A DNA stretch of 64,000 nt from Escherichia coli (GCF_013122565.1 NZ_CP053258.1); one strand, 5' to 3'. Counted from the stretch's first letter, positions 13,944 to 28,110 are shown. Numbers and translations: made by a program. Notes: generated by a model from the letters alone, not told the origin.

Positions 13944-14918
13944 ATGGCGAATATGTTTGCCCTGATTCTGGTGATTGCCACACTGGTGACGGGCATTTTA
14001 TGGTGCGTGGATAAATTCTTTTTCGCACCTAAACGGCGGGAACGTCAGGCAGCGGCGCAGGCGGCTGCCGGGGACTCACTGGATAAAGCAACGTTGAAAA
14101 AGGTTGCGCCGAAGCCTGGCTGGCTGGAAACCGGTGCTTCTGTATTTCCGGTGCTGGCTATCGTATTGATTGTGCGTTCGTTTATTTATGAACCGTTCCA
14201 GATCCCGTCAGGTTCGATGATGCCGACTCTGTTAATCGGTGATTTTATTCTGGTAGAGAAGTTTGCTTATGGCATTAAAGATCCTATCTACCAGAAAACG
14301 CTGATCGAAACCGGTCATCCTAAACGCGGCGATATCGTGGTCTTTAAATATCCGGAAGATCCAAAGCTTGATTACATCAAGCGCGCGGTTGGTTTACCAG
14401 GCGATAAAGTCACTTATGATCCGGTCTCAAAAGAGCTGACGATTCAACCGGGATGCAGTTCCGGCCAGGCATGTGAAAACGCGCTGCCGGTCACCTACTC
14501 AAACGTGGAACCGAGCGATTTCGTTCAGACCTTCTCACGCCGTAATGGTGGGGAAGCGACCAGCGGATTCTTTGAAGTGCCGAAAAACGAAACCAAAGAA
14601 AATGGAATTCGTCTTTCCGAGCGTAAAGAGACACTGGGTGATGTGACGCACCGAATTCTGACAGTGCCGATTGCGCAGGACCAGGTGGGGATGTATTACC
14701 AGCAGCCAGGGCAACAACTGGCAACCTGGATTGTTCCGCCGGGACAATACTTCATGATGGGCGACAACCGCGACAACAGCGCGGACAGCCGTTACTGGGG
14801 CTTTGTGCCGGAAGCGAATCTGGTCGGTCGGGCAACGGCTATCTGGATGAGCTTCGATAAGCAAGAAGGCGAATGGCCGACTGGTCTGCGCTTAAGTCGC
14901 ATTGGCGGCATCCATTAA
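13944..14918 (+). CDS. lepB: Signal peptidase I
   Basis: 324-aa ORF MANMFALILVIATLVTGILW...; catalytic SGSMMPTL motif. Confidence 0.97.
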   Translation: MANMFALILVIATLVTGILWCVDKFFFAPKRRERQAAAQAAAGDSLDKATLKKVAPKPGWLETGASVFPVLAIVLIVRSFIYEPFQIPSGSMMPTLLIGDFILVEKFAYGIKDPIYQKTLIETGHPKRGDIVVFKYPEDPKLDYIKRAVGLPGDKVTYDPVSKELTIQPGCSSGQACENALPVTYSNVEPSDFVQTFSRRNGGEATSGFFEVPKNETKENGIRLSERKETLGDVTHRILTVPIAQDQVGMYYQQPGQQLATWIVPPGQYFMMGDNRDNSADSRYWGFVPEANLVGRATAIWMSFDKQEGEWPTGLRLSRIGGIH

Positions 14919-14930
14919 TAGCCATCTTCG

Positions 14931-14971
14931 TTCACGTTGTCGCCGTTATGGCGACAACGTGAATTATTTAT
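14931..14971 (+). terminator. Intrinsic terminator after lepB
   Basis: Perfect 14-bp inverted repeat ttcacgttgtcgcc/ggcgacaacgtgaa (loop gttat) followed by TTATTTAT. Confidence 0.8.
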
Positions 14972-15062
14972 GAGATAAATCTCCCGTGGCTAACGACATC
15001 CCCCGTCGTTGTGTATAGAATATTCCCCCGAAGTTTAAGGTTGGCACCTCCAGGTTGCCACG

Positions 15063-15156
15063 GCACACGAAACAGCGTTGGTCCCCATATACCGGTAAAC
15101 TGAAACTGCAGCGAAGCAGTTAGCAGAACCATGTATATCAGGTCTGTTTCGTGTGC
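15063..15156 (+). promoter_or_regulatory. rnc leader long-range hairpin (likely the RNase III autoregulatory processing site)
   Basis: Perfect 13-bp complement gcacacgaaacag (15063-15075) / ctgtttcgtgtgc (15144-15156) closing an approximately 94-nt structured 5' UTR element ending 34 nt before the rnc ATG. Confidence 0.6.
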
Positions 15157-15159
15157 TGA

Positions 15160-16772
<1,613 letters not shown>

Positions 16773-16783
16773 GAGTCACTCCG

Positions 16784-17512
16784 ATGGAAGGCTGGCAGCG
16801 CGCATTTGTCCTGCATAGTCGCCCGTGGAGCGAAACCAGCCTGATGCTGGACGTCTTCACGGAGGAATCGGGTCGCGTGCGTCTGGTTGCCAAAGGCGCA
16901 CGCTCTAAACGCTCTACTCTGAAAGGTGCATTACAGCCTTTCACCCCTCTCTTGCTACGTTTCGGCGGGCGTGGTGAAGTCAAAACGCTGCGCAGTGCTG
17001 AAGCTGTCTCGCTGGCGCTGCCATTAAGCGGTATCACGCTTTACAGCGGTCTGTACATCAACGAACTTCTCTCCCGCGTACTGGAATACGAGACGCGCTT
17101 CTCTGAACTCTTTTTCGATTACTTACATTGCATTCAGTCTCTGGCCGGTGCCACTGGTACGCCAGAACCCGCGCTGCGCCGCTTTGAACTGGCACTGCTC
17201 GGGCATCTGGGCTATGGCGTCAATTTTACCCATTGTGCGGGTAGCGGCGAGCCGGTAGATGACACCATGACGTATCGTTATCGCGAAGAAAAAGGGTTTA
17301 TCGCAAGCGTCGTTATCGACAATAAAACGTTCACCGGAAGGCAGTTAAAAGCGTTAAACGCGCGGGAATTTCCTGACGCAGACACACTACGCGCCGCGAA
17401 ACGCTTTACCCGCATGGCGCTTAAGCCGTATCTTGGCGGTAAACCATTAAAGAGCAGGGAACTGTTCCGGCAGTTTATGCCTAAGCGAACGGTGAAAACA
17501 CATTATGAATGA
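16784..17512 (+). CDS. recO: DNA repair protein RecO
   Basis: 242-aa [34 protein letters not shown].... Confidence 0.95.
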
Positions 17513-17523
17513 TGAGGATTGTC

Positions 17524-18255
17524 ATGGCTGAATTACTGTTAGGCGTCAACATTGACCATATTGCAACGCTGCGTAACGCACGCGGTACTGCTTACCCGGA
17601 TCCGGTGCAGGCGGCGTTTATTGCTGAGCAGGCGGGAGCAGACGGCATTACCGTGCATTTACGTGAAGATCGCCGCCACATTACTGACCGCGATGTGCGC
17701 ATCCTGCGTCAGACGCTGGATACCCGCATGAATCTGGAGATGGCAGTGACCGAAGAGATGCTGGCGATCGCCGTTGAGACGAAGCCACATTTTTGCTGCC
17801 TGGTACCGGAAAAGCGTCAGGAAGTCACGACCGAAGGCGGCCTGGACGTCGCAGGGCAGCGTGACAAAATGCGAGATGCCTGCAAACGTCTGGCGGATGC
17901 CGGGATTCAGGTTTCTCTGTTTATCGACGCCGATGAAGAGCAGATCAAAGCTGCGGCAGAGGTTGGCGCACCGTTTATCGAGATCCACACTGGTTGCTAT
18001 GCTGATGCCAAAACTGACGCCGAACAGGCGCAAGAGCTGGCGCGTATCGCCAAAGCCGCGACCTTTGCCGCTAGTCTCGGTCTGAAAGTTAACGCTGGTC
18101 ACGGTCTGACCTATCACAACGTGAAAGCCATTGCCGCCATTCCTGAGATGCACGAACTGAATATCGGTCATGCCATTATTGGTCGTGCAGTGATGACCGG
18201 ACTGAAAGATGCGGTGGCAGAAATGAAGCGTCTGATGCTGGAAGCGCGTGGCTAA
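17524..18255 (+). CDS. pdxJ: Pyridoxine 5'-phosphate synthase
   Basis: ORF track 17509..18255; ATG at 17524 ([21 protein letters not shown]...) gives 243 aa. Confidence 0.95.
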
Positions 18256-18635
18256 TGGCAATATTAGGTTTAGGTACGGATATTGTGGAGATCGCTCGCA
18301 TAGAAGCGGTGATCGCCCGATCCGGTGATCGCCTGGCACGCCGCGTATTAAGCGATAACGAATGGGCAATCTGGAAAACGCACCACCAGCCGGTGCGTTT
18401 TCTGGCGAAGCGTTTTGCTGTGAAAGAAGCGGCGGCAAAAGCGTTTGGCACCGGGATCCGCAATGGTCTGGCGTTTAATCAATTTGAAGTATTCAATGAT
18501 GAGCTCGGCAAACCACGGCTACGGCTATGGGGGGAGGCATTAAAACTGGCGGAAAAGCTCGGCGTTGTAAATATGCATGTAACGCTGGCAGATGAACGCC
18601 ACTATGCTTGTGCCACGGTAATTATTGAAAGTTAA
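18255..18635 (+). CDS. acpS: Holo-[acyl-carrier-protein] synthase
   Basis: 126-aa [35 protein letters not shown]...; start overlaps pdxJ stop. Confidence 0.96.
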   Translation: MAILGLGTDIVEIARIEAVIARSGDRLARRVLSDNEWAIWKTHHQPVRFLAKRFAVKEAAAKAFGTGIRNGLAFNQFEVFNDELGKPRLRLWGEALKLAEKLGVVNMHVTLADERHYACATVIIES

Positions 18636-18654
18636 AAAAATACCGTTCTCTTTA

Positions 18655-18727
18655 TAAAGTAAAACCCCCGAACTGGTAAGGAACGGGGGTTTTACTTTAT
18701 TTTGTGCAGCACGCACCCTCAATGAGG
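18655..18727 (-). ncRNA. ohsC: OhsC antitoxin sRNA of the ShoB/OhsC type I toxin-antitoxin pair (ends approximate)
   Basis: Known to be encoded divergently upstream of shoB. Minus-strand RNA from about 18727 would begin with a 20-22-nt segment complementary to the shoB 5' UTR (18952-18973) and end at the bidirectional terminator; a CATAAT -10-like hexamer sits just upstream on the minus strand. Boundaries are inferred, not measured. Confidence 0.45.
18661..18700. terminator. Bidirectional intrinsic terminator (acpS on plus strand, candidate OhsC 3' end on minus strand)
   Basis: Perfect 10-bp stem aaaacccccg/cgggggtttt with 13-nt loop, flanked by A- and T-runs on both sides. Confidence 0.8.
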
Positions 18728-19044
18728 ATAATTATGGATCAGTGTGGTTATCTTTTACAAGCAACTTGCAATCTTTAGTATAAAAACTCGAGCCTTGACG
18801 AAGAAATCGATATTGATGGCAAGATTAACGTGACCGCCAATTCATAAGTACATTAAAATTGGCTTCGTTATTAGAGATTTTGCTGTGCTTTACACCATGC
18901 CACTGAATTCCCCCATTGAAACGAGTGGTGTCGTCAAAGCTCTGGTGTGGAGTGCAGCATGTACCCTCAATAACTCGCACGTTCAGTTTTGGGGAGATGT
19001 AAGGGCTAATCTGAACGGCTGCATTCCTTGTTTAAGGAAAAACG

Positions 19045-19125
19045 AATGACTGATTGCCGATACCTGATTAAACGGGTCATCAAAATCATCATTGCTGTTT
19101 TACAGCTGATCCTTCTGTTCTTATA
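19045..19125 (+). CDS. shoB: Small toxic membrane peptide ShoB (type I toxin)
   Basis: 26-codon ORF read directly from sequence, MTDCRYLIKRVIKIIIAVLQLILLFL, a hydrophobic single-helix peptide matching ShoB; absent from the ORF track because it is short. Confidence 0.85.
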
Positions 19126-19144
19126 ACACAAGGAAACGTACTTA

Positions 19145-19180
19145 AGGTGCGTCCGGTGAACCAGTCGGACGCGCCTTTAA
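19145..19180 (+). terminator. Putative terminator after shoB
   Basis: 10-bp stem ggtgcgtccg/cggacgcgcc (one G-U) with 10-nt loop, followed by TTTAATAA. Confidence 0.45.
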
Positions 19181-19319
19181 TAACTATAAATAAGTGTCTG
19201 GGCAGATACTATATAAATTAACTTAGTGAATGATTATGCCAATGTCATCAATCAAAAAAATATAATAGCGTTAAGGTTTCTCTATAAAATAATTAACACT
19301 CTACATCCAGAGTAGAATA

Positions 19320-19616
<297 letters not shown>

Positions 19617-19635
19617 TTATACGCGCATTCTTTAC

Positions 19636-20484
19636 TCAGACCAGTTTTTTCACCAGCGCTTCACTATGACGAATACGTTCTGGTGCCAGTTCCAGATCCT
19701 GCTGAATCAGCGCAATGAACAGCAAATCCGTTAACATTCCCTGCGCGTGACAAGCAGAGATTGAAGCACTGTTTGTCGCTTGTTCTTCGGCAATGGTATA
19801 CAGGCAATGAGAAGCACGCTGTTGCAGGGCATTGGGAGTAAAGCCGGTAATCGCCAGCACTTTTCCGCCCACTCGCAGCATCTCATCTGCTGCCAGGTTT
19901 AACTCGCGTCGTACACCGGTGTAAGAAATGGCTAATAACAGATCGTCAGGGGACGACGCCTGTACGGTAGCGAGTAGCGCATGCATATCGCGCACTGCGG
20001 CAGCATTGAAGCCAATCTTCATCAGCTTCCAGGCAAAGTTTTGCGCCACCAGACCCGAAGCGCCAATACCGGTCAGAATTATCCGCCGCGCAGAGCGCAA
20101 CATTGTTACGCATTCATGCAGTTTCTCTTCACTATTAACGTTTAGCGTTGCGTACATAGCGGCAGTATTTTCTTTAATCAGTTTTTCGCCGACCAGCCGT
20201 AACGGATCATCACCGCGGATTTGGTTATGAATGGGCACGGAGGGAGATTCCGGCTGGCTTGCCAGCGCTTCACTCAATGCTAACTTAAGCGCCGGAAAAC
20301 CTTTATAGCCGAGTTTTTGTGCGAACTTCACGACGCTGGACTGACTGACTCCGGCTTCGTTGGCCAGTTGCTGAGAGCTTAAATGGCGCGCCGTATCAGG
20401 TTGTAGCAGCAGATAATCCGCCAGTTTTTTATCACTCTGGGCAAGCCCCTGGTAACGCTGACGGATACGAAGTAAGCCGTTCAT
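19636..20484 (-). CDS. yfhH: RpiR/MurR-family transcriptional regulator (HTH plus SIS domain)
   Basis: ORF track 19636..20556; start at 20484 (MNGLLRIRQRYQGLAQSDKKLADY...) gives 282 aa. Confidence 0.88.
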   Translation of the reverse strand: MNGLLRIRQRYQGLAQSDKKLADYLLLQPDTARHLSSQQLANEAGVSQSSVVKFAQKLGYKGFPALKLALSEALASQPESPSVPIHNQIRGDDPLRLVGEKLIKENTAAMYATLNVNSEEKLHECVTMLRSARRIILTGIGASGLVAQNFAWKLMKIGFNAAAVRDMHALLATVQASSPDDLLLAISYTGVRRELNLAADEMLRVGGKVLAITGFTPNALQQRASHCLYTIAEEQATNSASISACHAQGMLTDLLFIALIQQDLELAPERIRHSEALVKKLV

Positions 20485-20692
20485 ATCTTTCCTCGCGATG
20501 AAATAGTGGCGACAACAGGCAATATGAGACAAACGCGAGTGAATTTTATATTCCATTGCCGCTAATTGCCATGAATTAAAAATTCCAGTTAGCCATGATG
20601 CGGTCGATTGTTGCCGGAAAAGTGATGATCTATCTGTTAGGCTATGTAGTAGCGAAAATTAATCAGGATGTTTCAGTCCAGAGGAGTATGGT

Positions 20693-21328
20693 TTGGCAAC
20701 TCACGAGCGTCGTGTGGTGTTTTTTGACTTAGATGGAACATTGCATCAGCAGGATATGTTCGGCAGTTTTTTGCGTTATTTACTGCGTCGCCAACCGCTG
20801 AATGCGTTGCTTGTCCTGCCGTTGTTGCCGATCATAGCCATTGCGTTATTGATAAAAGGCCGTGCGGCACGCTGGCCGATGAGTCTGCTTCTGTGGGGAT
20901 GCACTTTTGGTCACAATGAAGCGCGTTTGCAGGCGTTGCAGGCCGATTTCGTACGCTGGTTTCGTGACAATGTTACCGCCTTTCCGCTGGTTCAGGAGCG
21001 ATTAACCACCTACCTGTTAAGTTCCGATGCTGATATCTGGTTGATTACCGGCTCTCCGCAGCCGCTGGTTGAAGCGGTTTATTTTGATACGCCCTGGCTG
21101 CCGCGGGTTAATCTTATCGCCAGTCAGATTCAGCGTGGCTATGGTGGTTGGGTATTGACGATGCGTTGCCTCGGGCATGAGAAGGTCGCGCAACTGGAGC
21201 GTAAAATCGGCACGCCACTGCGGTTGTACAGTGGCTATAGCGACAGTAATCAGGACAATCCGCTGCTTTATTTCTGTCAGCATCGTTGGCGAGTAACCCC
21301 GCGCGGTGAACTCCAGCAACTGGAATAG
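20693..21328 (+). CDS. pgpC: Phosphatidylglycerophosphatase C (HAD-like)
   Basis: 211-aa ORF MATHERRVVFFDLDGTLHQQDMFGSF...; DxDGT HAD motif followed by hydrophobic segment. Confidence 0.9.
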   Translation: MATHERRVVFFDLDGTLHQQDMFGSFLRYLLRRQPLNALLVLPLLPIIAIALLIKGRAARWPMSLLLWGCTFGHNEARLQALQADFVRWFRDNVTAFPLVQERLTTYLLSSDADIWLITGSPQPLVEAVYFDTPWLPRVNLIASQIQRGYGGWVLTMRCLGHEKVAQLERKIGTPLRLYSGYSDSNQDNPLLYFCQHRWRVTPRGELQQLE

Positions 21329-21340
21329 AGTAAAGCATAG

Positions 21341-23442
<2,102 letters not shown>

Positions 23443-23607
23443 TTAGTTAATTCTCTGTGTCGTGCGCGTCCCAGCTTGAAAAAACGTAATAATAGTGAAA
23501 GGTTTACTCATAAATGAGCGGCATTTTGCGTAAACCTGCGCCAGATGGCAACTTATTACAGCCATTGGCGGCACGCGTTGCTAATTCACGATGGTGATTT
23601 TATTTCC

Positions 23608-23623
23608 ACGCAAACGGTTTCGT
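23608..23623 (+). promoter_or_regulatory. PurR operator (PUR box) in purL control region
   Basis: ACGCAAACGGTTTCGT, near-perfect match to the 16-bp PUR box palindrome, about 80 bp upstream of the purL ATG and adjacent to a TATAAT hexamer at 23641-23646. Confidence 0.7.
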
Positions 23624-23699
23624 CAGCGCATCAGATTCTTTATAATGACGCCCGTTTCCCCCCCTTGGGTACACCGAAAGCTTAGAAGACGAGAGACTT

Positions 23700-26600
23700 A
23701 TGATGGAAATTCTGCGTGGTTCGCCTGCATTGTCGGCATTCCGAATCAACAAACTGCTGGCACGTTTTCAGGCTGCCAGGCTCCCGGTTCACAATATTTA
23801 CGCCGAGTATGTCCATTTTGCTGACCTCAATGCGCCGTTAAACGATGATGAGCACGCACAACTTGAACGCCTGCTGAAATATGGCCCGGCACTCGCCAGC
23901 CACGCCCCGCAAGGCAAACTCCTGCTGGTGACCCCGCGTCCTGGCACCATCTCTCCCTGGTCTTCGAAAGCGACCGATATTGCCCATAACTGCGGGCTAC
24001 AACAGGTAAACCGCCTTGAGCGCGGCGTTGCTTACTATATAGAAGCCGGTACGCTGACCAATGAACAATGGCAGCAGGTTACCGCTGAACTGCACGACCG
24101 CATGATGGAAACGGTCTTTTTTGCTTTAGATGATGCAGAGCAGTTGTTTGCCCACCATCAACCGACTCCGGTTACCAGCGTTGATTTGCTGGGGCAGGGC
24201 CGTCAGGCGCTGATCGACGCTAACCTGCGTCTTGGCCTGGCTCTGGCGGAAGATGAAATTGACTATCTGCAGGATGCTTTCACAAAGCTTGGTCGTAACC
24301 CGAACGACATCGAGCTGTATATGTTCGCTCAGGCGAACTCTGAGCACTGCCGCCACAAAATTTTTAATGCCGACTGGATTATCGACGGTGAACAGCAGCC
24401 GAAATCGCTGTTTAAGATGATCAAAAACACCTTCGAAACCACGCCGGATCACGTTCTCTCTGCTTATAAAGATAACGCCGCCGTAATGGAAGGTTCTGAA
24501 GTGGGCCGCTACTTTGCTGACCACGAAACGGGCCGCTACGATTTCCATCAGGAACCGGCGCATATCCTGATGAAAGTTGAAACTCACAACCACCCGACGG
24601 CGATTTCTCCGTGGCCGGGTGCGGCGACCGGTTCCGGCGGTGAAATCCGCGATGAAGGTGCCACCGGGCGCGGCGCAAAGCCGAAAGCGGGTCTGGTTGG
24701 TTTCTCCGTTTCCAACCTGCGAATTCCTGGCTTCGAACAGCCGTGGGAAGAAGATTTCGGTAAGCCTGAGCGCATTGTCACCGCGCTGGACATCATGACC
24801 GAAGGCCCGCTGGGCGGCGCGGCGTTTAACAACGAATTTGGTCGTCCGGCTCTGAATGGCTACTTCCGTACTTATGAAGAAAAAGTGAACAGCCACAACG
24901 GCGAAGAGCTGCGCGGTTATCACAAACCGATCATGCTGGCGGGCGGGATCGGCAACATTCGCGCCGATCACGTACAAAAAGGCGAGATCAACGTCGGTGC
25001 GAAGCTGGTCGTTCTCGGCGGCCCGGCAATGAACATCGGTCTTGGCGGCGGAGCGGCGTCTTCCATGGCGTCAGGTCAGTCTGATGCCGACCTCGACTTT
25101 GCTTCCGTACAGCGCGACAACCCGGAGATGGAGCGTCGCTGCCAGGAAGTGATCGACCGTTGCTGGCAGCTTGGTGATGCCAACCCAATCCTGTTTATCC
25201 ACGACGTCGGCGCTGGCGGTCTTTCTAACGCGATGCCGGAACTGGTGAGCGACGGCGGGCGCGGCGGTAAATTTGAACTGCGCGATATTCTAAGCGACGA
25301 ACCGGGCATGAGCCCGCTGGAAATCTGGTGTAACGAATCCCAGGAACGCTACGTGCTGGCGGTTGCTGCCGATCAATTACCGCTGTTTGACGAACTGTGT
25401 AAGCGTGAGCGCGCGCCATACGCGGTGATTGGTGAAGCGACCGAAGAACTGCATCTTTCTCTGCACGATCGTCATTTTGATAATCAGCCGATCGATCTGC
25501 CGCTGGACGTCCTGCTTGGTAAAACGCCGAAGATGACCCGCGATGTACAAACGCTGAAAGCGAAGGGCGATGCGCTGGTCCGTGAAGGGATCACCATTGC
25601 AGACGCGGTGAAACGCGTACTGCATCTGCCGACCGTGGCGGAGAAAACTTTCCTGGTGACCATCGGTGACCGCAGCGTAACCGGCATGGTGGCGCGCGAT
25701 CAGATGGTGGGGCCGTGGCAGGTGCCGGTCGCTAACTGCGCGGTCACTACCGCCAGCCTCGACAGCTACTACGGTGAAGCGATGGCGATTGGCGAGCGTG
25801 CGCCGGTTGCGCTGCTGGATTTCGCCGCCTCTGCCCGTCTGGCGGTCGGTGAAGCGTTAACCAATATTGCCGCAACACAGATTGGCGATATCAAACGCAT
25901 CAAACTTTCCGCCAACTGGATGGCGGCGGCAGGCCACCCTGGTGAAGATGCGGGCCTGTATGAAGCCGTTAAAGCCGTGGGCGAAGAGCTTTGTCCGGCG
26001 CTGGGCCTGACGATCCCGGTGGGTAAAGACTCCATGTCGATGAAAACCCGCTGGCAGGAAGGTAACGAAGAGCGTGAAATGACGTCGCCGCTGTCGCTGG
26101 TGATTTCTGCATTTGCCCGCGTGGAAGATGTACGTCACACCATCACGCCGCAGCTTTCTACCGAAGATAACGCACTGCTGCTGATTGATTTGGGCAAAGG
26201 CAATAACGCGCTGGGCGCAACGGCGCTGGCGCAGGTTTATCGTCAGCTTGGCGACAAACCGGCAGATGTACGCGATGTCGCGCAACTGAAAGGCTTCTAT
26301 GACGCGATTCAGGTGCTGGTTGCACAGCGTAAGCTGCTCGCATACCACGACCGCTCTGATGGCGGCCTGCTGGTAACGCTGGCGGAAATGGCCTTTGCTG
26401 GTCATTGCGGCATTGACGCAGATATCGCCTCTCTGGGTGACGATCGCCTGGCGGCGTTGTTTAACGAAGAACTGGGGGCGGTGATTCAGGTTCGTGCCGC
26501 TGACCGTGAAGCGGTCGAGTCCGTACTGGCACAGCATGGGCTTGCTGATTGCGTCCATTATGTTGGGCAGGCGGTTTCCGGTGACCGTTTTGTGATTACC

Positions 26601-27587
26601 GCCAATGGGCAGACTGTATTCAGCGAAAGCCGCACTACGTTGCGTGTCTGGTGGGCAGAAACTACCTGGCAGATGCAGCGCCTGCGTGACAACCCGGAGT
26701 GTGCCGATCAGGAGCATCAGGCGAAATATAACGACGCCGATCCGGGCCTGAATGTAAAACTGTCGTTCGATATCAACGAAGATGTGGCAGCACCGTATAT
26801 TGCCACTGGCGCACGTCCGAAAGTTGCCGTACTGCGTGAGCAGGGCGTGAACTCGCATGTTGAAATGGCGGCAGCTTTCCACCGTGCGGGCTTTGATGCT
26901 ATCGACGTGCATATGAGCGACCTGCTGACTGGACGCACGGGACTGGAGGATTTCCACGCCCTGGTCGCGTGCGGCGGTTTCTCCTACGGTGATGTACTGG
27001 GTGCCGGTGAAGGTTGGGCGAAGTCTATCCTGTTCAATGACCGTGTACGCGATGAGTTTGCAACCTTCTTCCATCGTCCGCAAACGCTGGCGCTGGGGGT
27101 ATGTAACGGTTGCCAGATGATGTCTAACCTGCGCGAACTGATCCCAGGTAGTGAGTTGTGGCCACGTTTTGTGCGCAATACCTCCGATCGCTTTGAAGCG
27201 CGTTTCAGCCTGGTTGAAGTAACCCAAAGCCCGTCTCTGCTGTTGCAGGGGATGGTGGGCTCGCAAATGCCGATTGCTGTCTCTCATGGTGAAGGGCGCG
27301 TGGAAGTGCGTGATGCGGCGCATCTGGCGGCACTGGAAAGCAAAGGGCTGGTGGCACTGCGCTATGTCGATAACTTCGGCAAAGTCACTGAAACCTACCC
27401 GGCTAACCCGAACGGTTCACCGAACGGTATTACGGCGGTTACGACTGAAAGCGGTCGAGTTACCATTATGATGCCGCACCCGGAACGTGTTTTCCGTACT
27501 GTCAGCAACTCCTGGCATCCGGAAAACTGGGGCGAGGATGGCCCATGGATGCGCATTTTCCGCAATGCGCGTAAGCAGTTGGGGTAA
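23700..27587 (+). CDS. purL: Phosphoribosylformylglycinamidine synthase
   Basis: 1295-aa [26 protein letters not shown]...; large single-chain FGAM synthase with C-terminal glutaminase domain. Confidence 0.98.
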   Translation: MMEILRGSPALSAFRINKLLARFQAARLPVHNIYAEYVHFADLNAPLNDDEHAQLERLLKYGPALASHAPQGKLLLVTPRPGTISPWSSKATDIAHNCGLQQVNRLERGVAYYIEAGTLTNEQWQQVTAELHDRMMETVFFALDDAEQLFAHHQPTPVTSVDLLGQGRQALIDANLRLGLALAEDEIDYLQDAFTKLGRNPNDIELYMFAQANSEHCRHKIFNADWIIDGEQQPKSLFKMIKNTFETTPDHVLSAYKDNAAVMEGSEVGRYFADHETGRYDFHQEPAHILMKVETHNHPTAISPWPGAATGSGGEIRDEGATGRGAKPKAGLVGFSVSNLRIPGFEQPWEEDFGKPERIVTALDIMTEGPLGGAAFNNEFGRPALNGYFRTYEEKVNSHNGEELRGYHKPIMLAGGIGNIRADHVQKGEINVGAKLVVLGGPAMNIGLGGGAASSMASGQSDADLDFASVQRDNPEMERRCQEVIDRCWQLGDANPILFIHDVGAGGLSNAMPELVSDGGRGGKFELRDILSDEPGMSPLEIWCNESQERYVLAVAADQLPLFDELCKRERAPYAVIGEATEELHLSLHDRHFDNQPIDLPLDVLLGKTPKMTRDVQTLKAKGDALVREGITIADAVKRVLHLPTVAEKTFLVTIGDRSVTGMVARDQMVGPWQVPVANCAVTTASLDSYYGEAMAIGERAPVALLDFAASARLAVGEALTNIAATQIGDIKRIKLSANWMAAAGHPGEDAGLYEAVKAVGEELCPALGLTIPVGKDSMSMKTRWQEGNEEREMTSPLSLVISAFARVEDVRHTITPQLSTEDNALLLIDLGKGNNALGATALAQVYRQLGDKPADVRDVAQLKGFYDAIQVLVAQRKLLAYHDRSDGGLLVTLAEMAFAGHCGIDADIASLGDDRLAALFNEELGAVIQVRAADREAVESVLAQHGLADCVHYVGQAVSGDRFVITANGQTVFSESRTTLRVWWAETTWQMQRLRDNPECADQEHQAKYNDADPGLNVKLSFDINEDVAAPYIATGARPKVAVLREQGVNSHVEMAAAFHRAGFDAIDVHMSDLLTGRTGLEDFHALVACGGFSYGDVLGAGEGWAKSILFNDRVRDEFATFFHRPQTLALGVCNGCQMMSNLRELIPGSELWPRFVRNTSDRFEARFSLVEVTQSPSLLLQGMVGSQMPIAVSHGEGRVEVRDAAHLAALESKGLVALRYVDNFGKVTETYPANPNGSPNGITAVTTESGRVTIMMPHPERVFRTVSNSWHPENWGEDGPWMRIFRNARKQLG

Positions 27588-27610
27588 GTCGTCAGCCCAT
27601 TGGTTTTGCA

Positions 27611-27641
27611 GCCCGGATGAGGCATTCACGCCGCATCCGGC
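27611..27641. repeat. REP element downstream of purL
   Basis: GCCCGGATGAGGCATTCACGCCGCATCCGGC, canonical REP palindrome. Confidence 0.85.
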
Positions 27642-27664
27642 ATTAAGCACCAACCACTATCATA

Positions 27665-27690
27665 AGCTCCCAACTCCGGGAGCTTTTTTG
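27665..27690 (+). terminator. Intrinsic terminator downstream of purL
   Basis: Stem agctccc/gggagct with 6-nt loop followed by TTTTTTG. Confidence 0.75.
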
Positions 27691-27708
27691 TGTCTGTAAA
27701 TCACGACA
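27691..27708 (+). promoter_or_regulatory. GlrR (QseF) binding site 1 upstream of glmY
   Basis: TGTC-N10-GACA (tgtctgtaaatcacgaca), the NtrC-family GlrR recognition pattern. Confidence 0.7.
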
Positions 27709-27723
27709 ATGGGTGGTTTGCCG

Positions 27724-27741
27724 TGTCGCTTTTTGGTGACA
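27724..27741 (+). promoter_or_regulatory. GlrR (QseF) binding site 2 upstream of glmY
   Basis: TGTC-N10-GACA (tgtcgctttttggtgaca). Confidence 0.75.
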
Positions 27742-27786
27742 CATAACTGATTGATTTTACTGAAATCTAATAAGTTTATCTTAAGT

Positions 27787-27804
27787 TGTCTCTTTTTGGC
27801 GACA
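27787..27804 (+). promoter_or_regulatory. GlrR (QseF) binding site 3 upstream of glmY
   Basis: TGTC-N10-GACA (tgtctctttttggcgaca), about 100 bp upstream of the sigma-54 promoter, typical enhancer distance. Confidence 0.75.
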
Positions 27805-27893
27805 CAGTGGCTGAATTACATTCAAATAGCGAAGAAGCCATAAATCCCTCAAAGCAGCGTATAATCAGTACGTTACCAAACTATTTTCTTTAT

Positions 27894-27909
27894 TGGCACA
27901 GTTACTGCA
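27894..27909 (+). promoter_or_regulatory. Sigma-54 (-24/-12) promoter of glmY
   Basis: TGGCACagttaCTGCA: GG at 27895-27896 and GC at 27907-27908 with exact 10-nt spacing; a sigma-70 promoter is known to overlap it. Confidence 0.8.
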
Positions 27910-27920
27910 TAATAGTAAGC

Positions 27921-28104
27921 AGTGGCTCATTCACCGACTTATGTCAGCCCCTTCGGGACGTGCTACATAAAATTCGAATGACGCACAACAAGGTGCCTGC
28001 CGTCCAACTTCTGATATCAGCGTAGCTATATCAACCATCGGGCGAAACGTCGAGTTAGGCACCGCCTTATTCCATAACAAAGCCGGGTAATTCCCGGCTT
28101 TGTT
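27921..28104 (+). ncRNA. glmY: GlmY small RNA (ends approximate)
   Basis: Transcript from about 12 nt downstream of the -12 element (AGUGGCUCAUUCACCGACUUAUGUCAGCCCC...) to a terminator hairpin at 28078-28102; location between purL and glrK matches GlmY. Confidence 0.8.
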
Positions 28105-28110
28105 GTATCT
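28078..28110 (+). terminator. GlmY intrinsic terminator (leaky; glrK lies immediately downstream)
   Basis: Stem aaagccggg/cccggcttt with loop taattc, followed by GTTGTATCTG. Confidence 0.7.

Noticed and set aside
15041-15062. TTGGCACctccaggTTGCCAC in the rnc leader resembling a sigma-54 promoter
   Set aside because: Spacing between GG and GC is 12 rather than the obligatory 10; it is a direct repeat (AGGTTGGCAC/AGGTTGCCAC) rather than a -24/-12 element.
17659-18438. 259-aa minus-strand ORF antisense to pdxJ and acpS
   Set aside because: Antisense to two conserved, tightly coupled genes; no supporting motifs.
25857-27323. 488-aa minus-strand ORF (and 283-aa ORF at 24126-24977) antisense to purL
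   Set aside because: Embedded antisense in the 1295-aa purL coding region; low-complexity Arg/Ala/Gln-rich translation typical of a wrong frame in GC-rich DNA.
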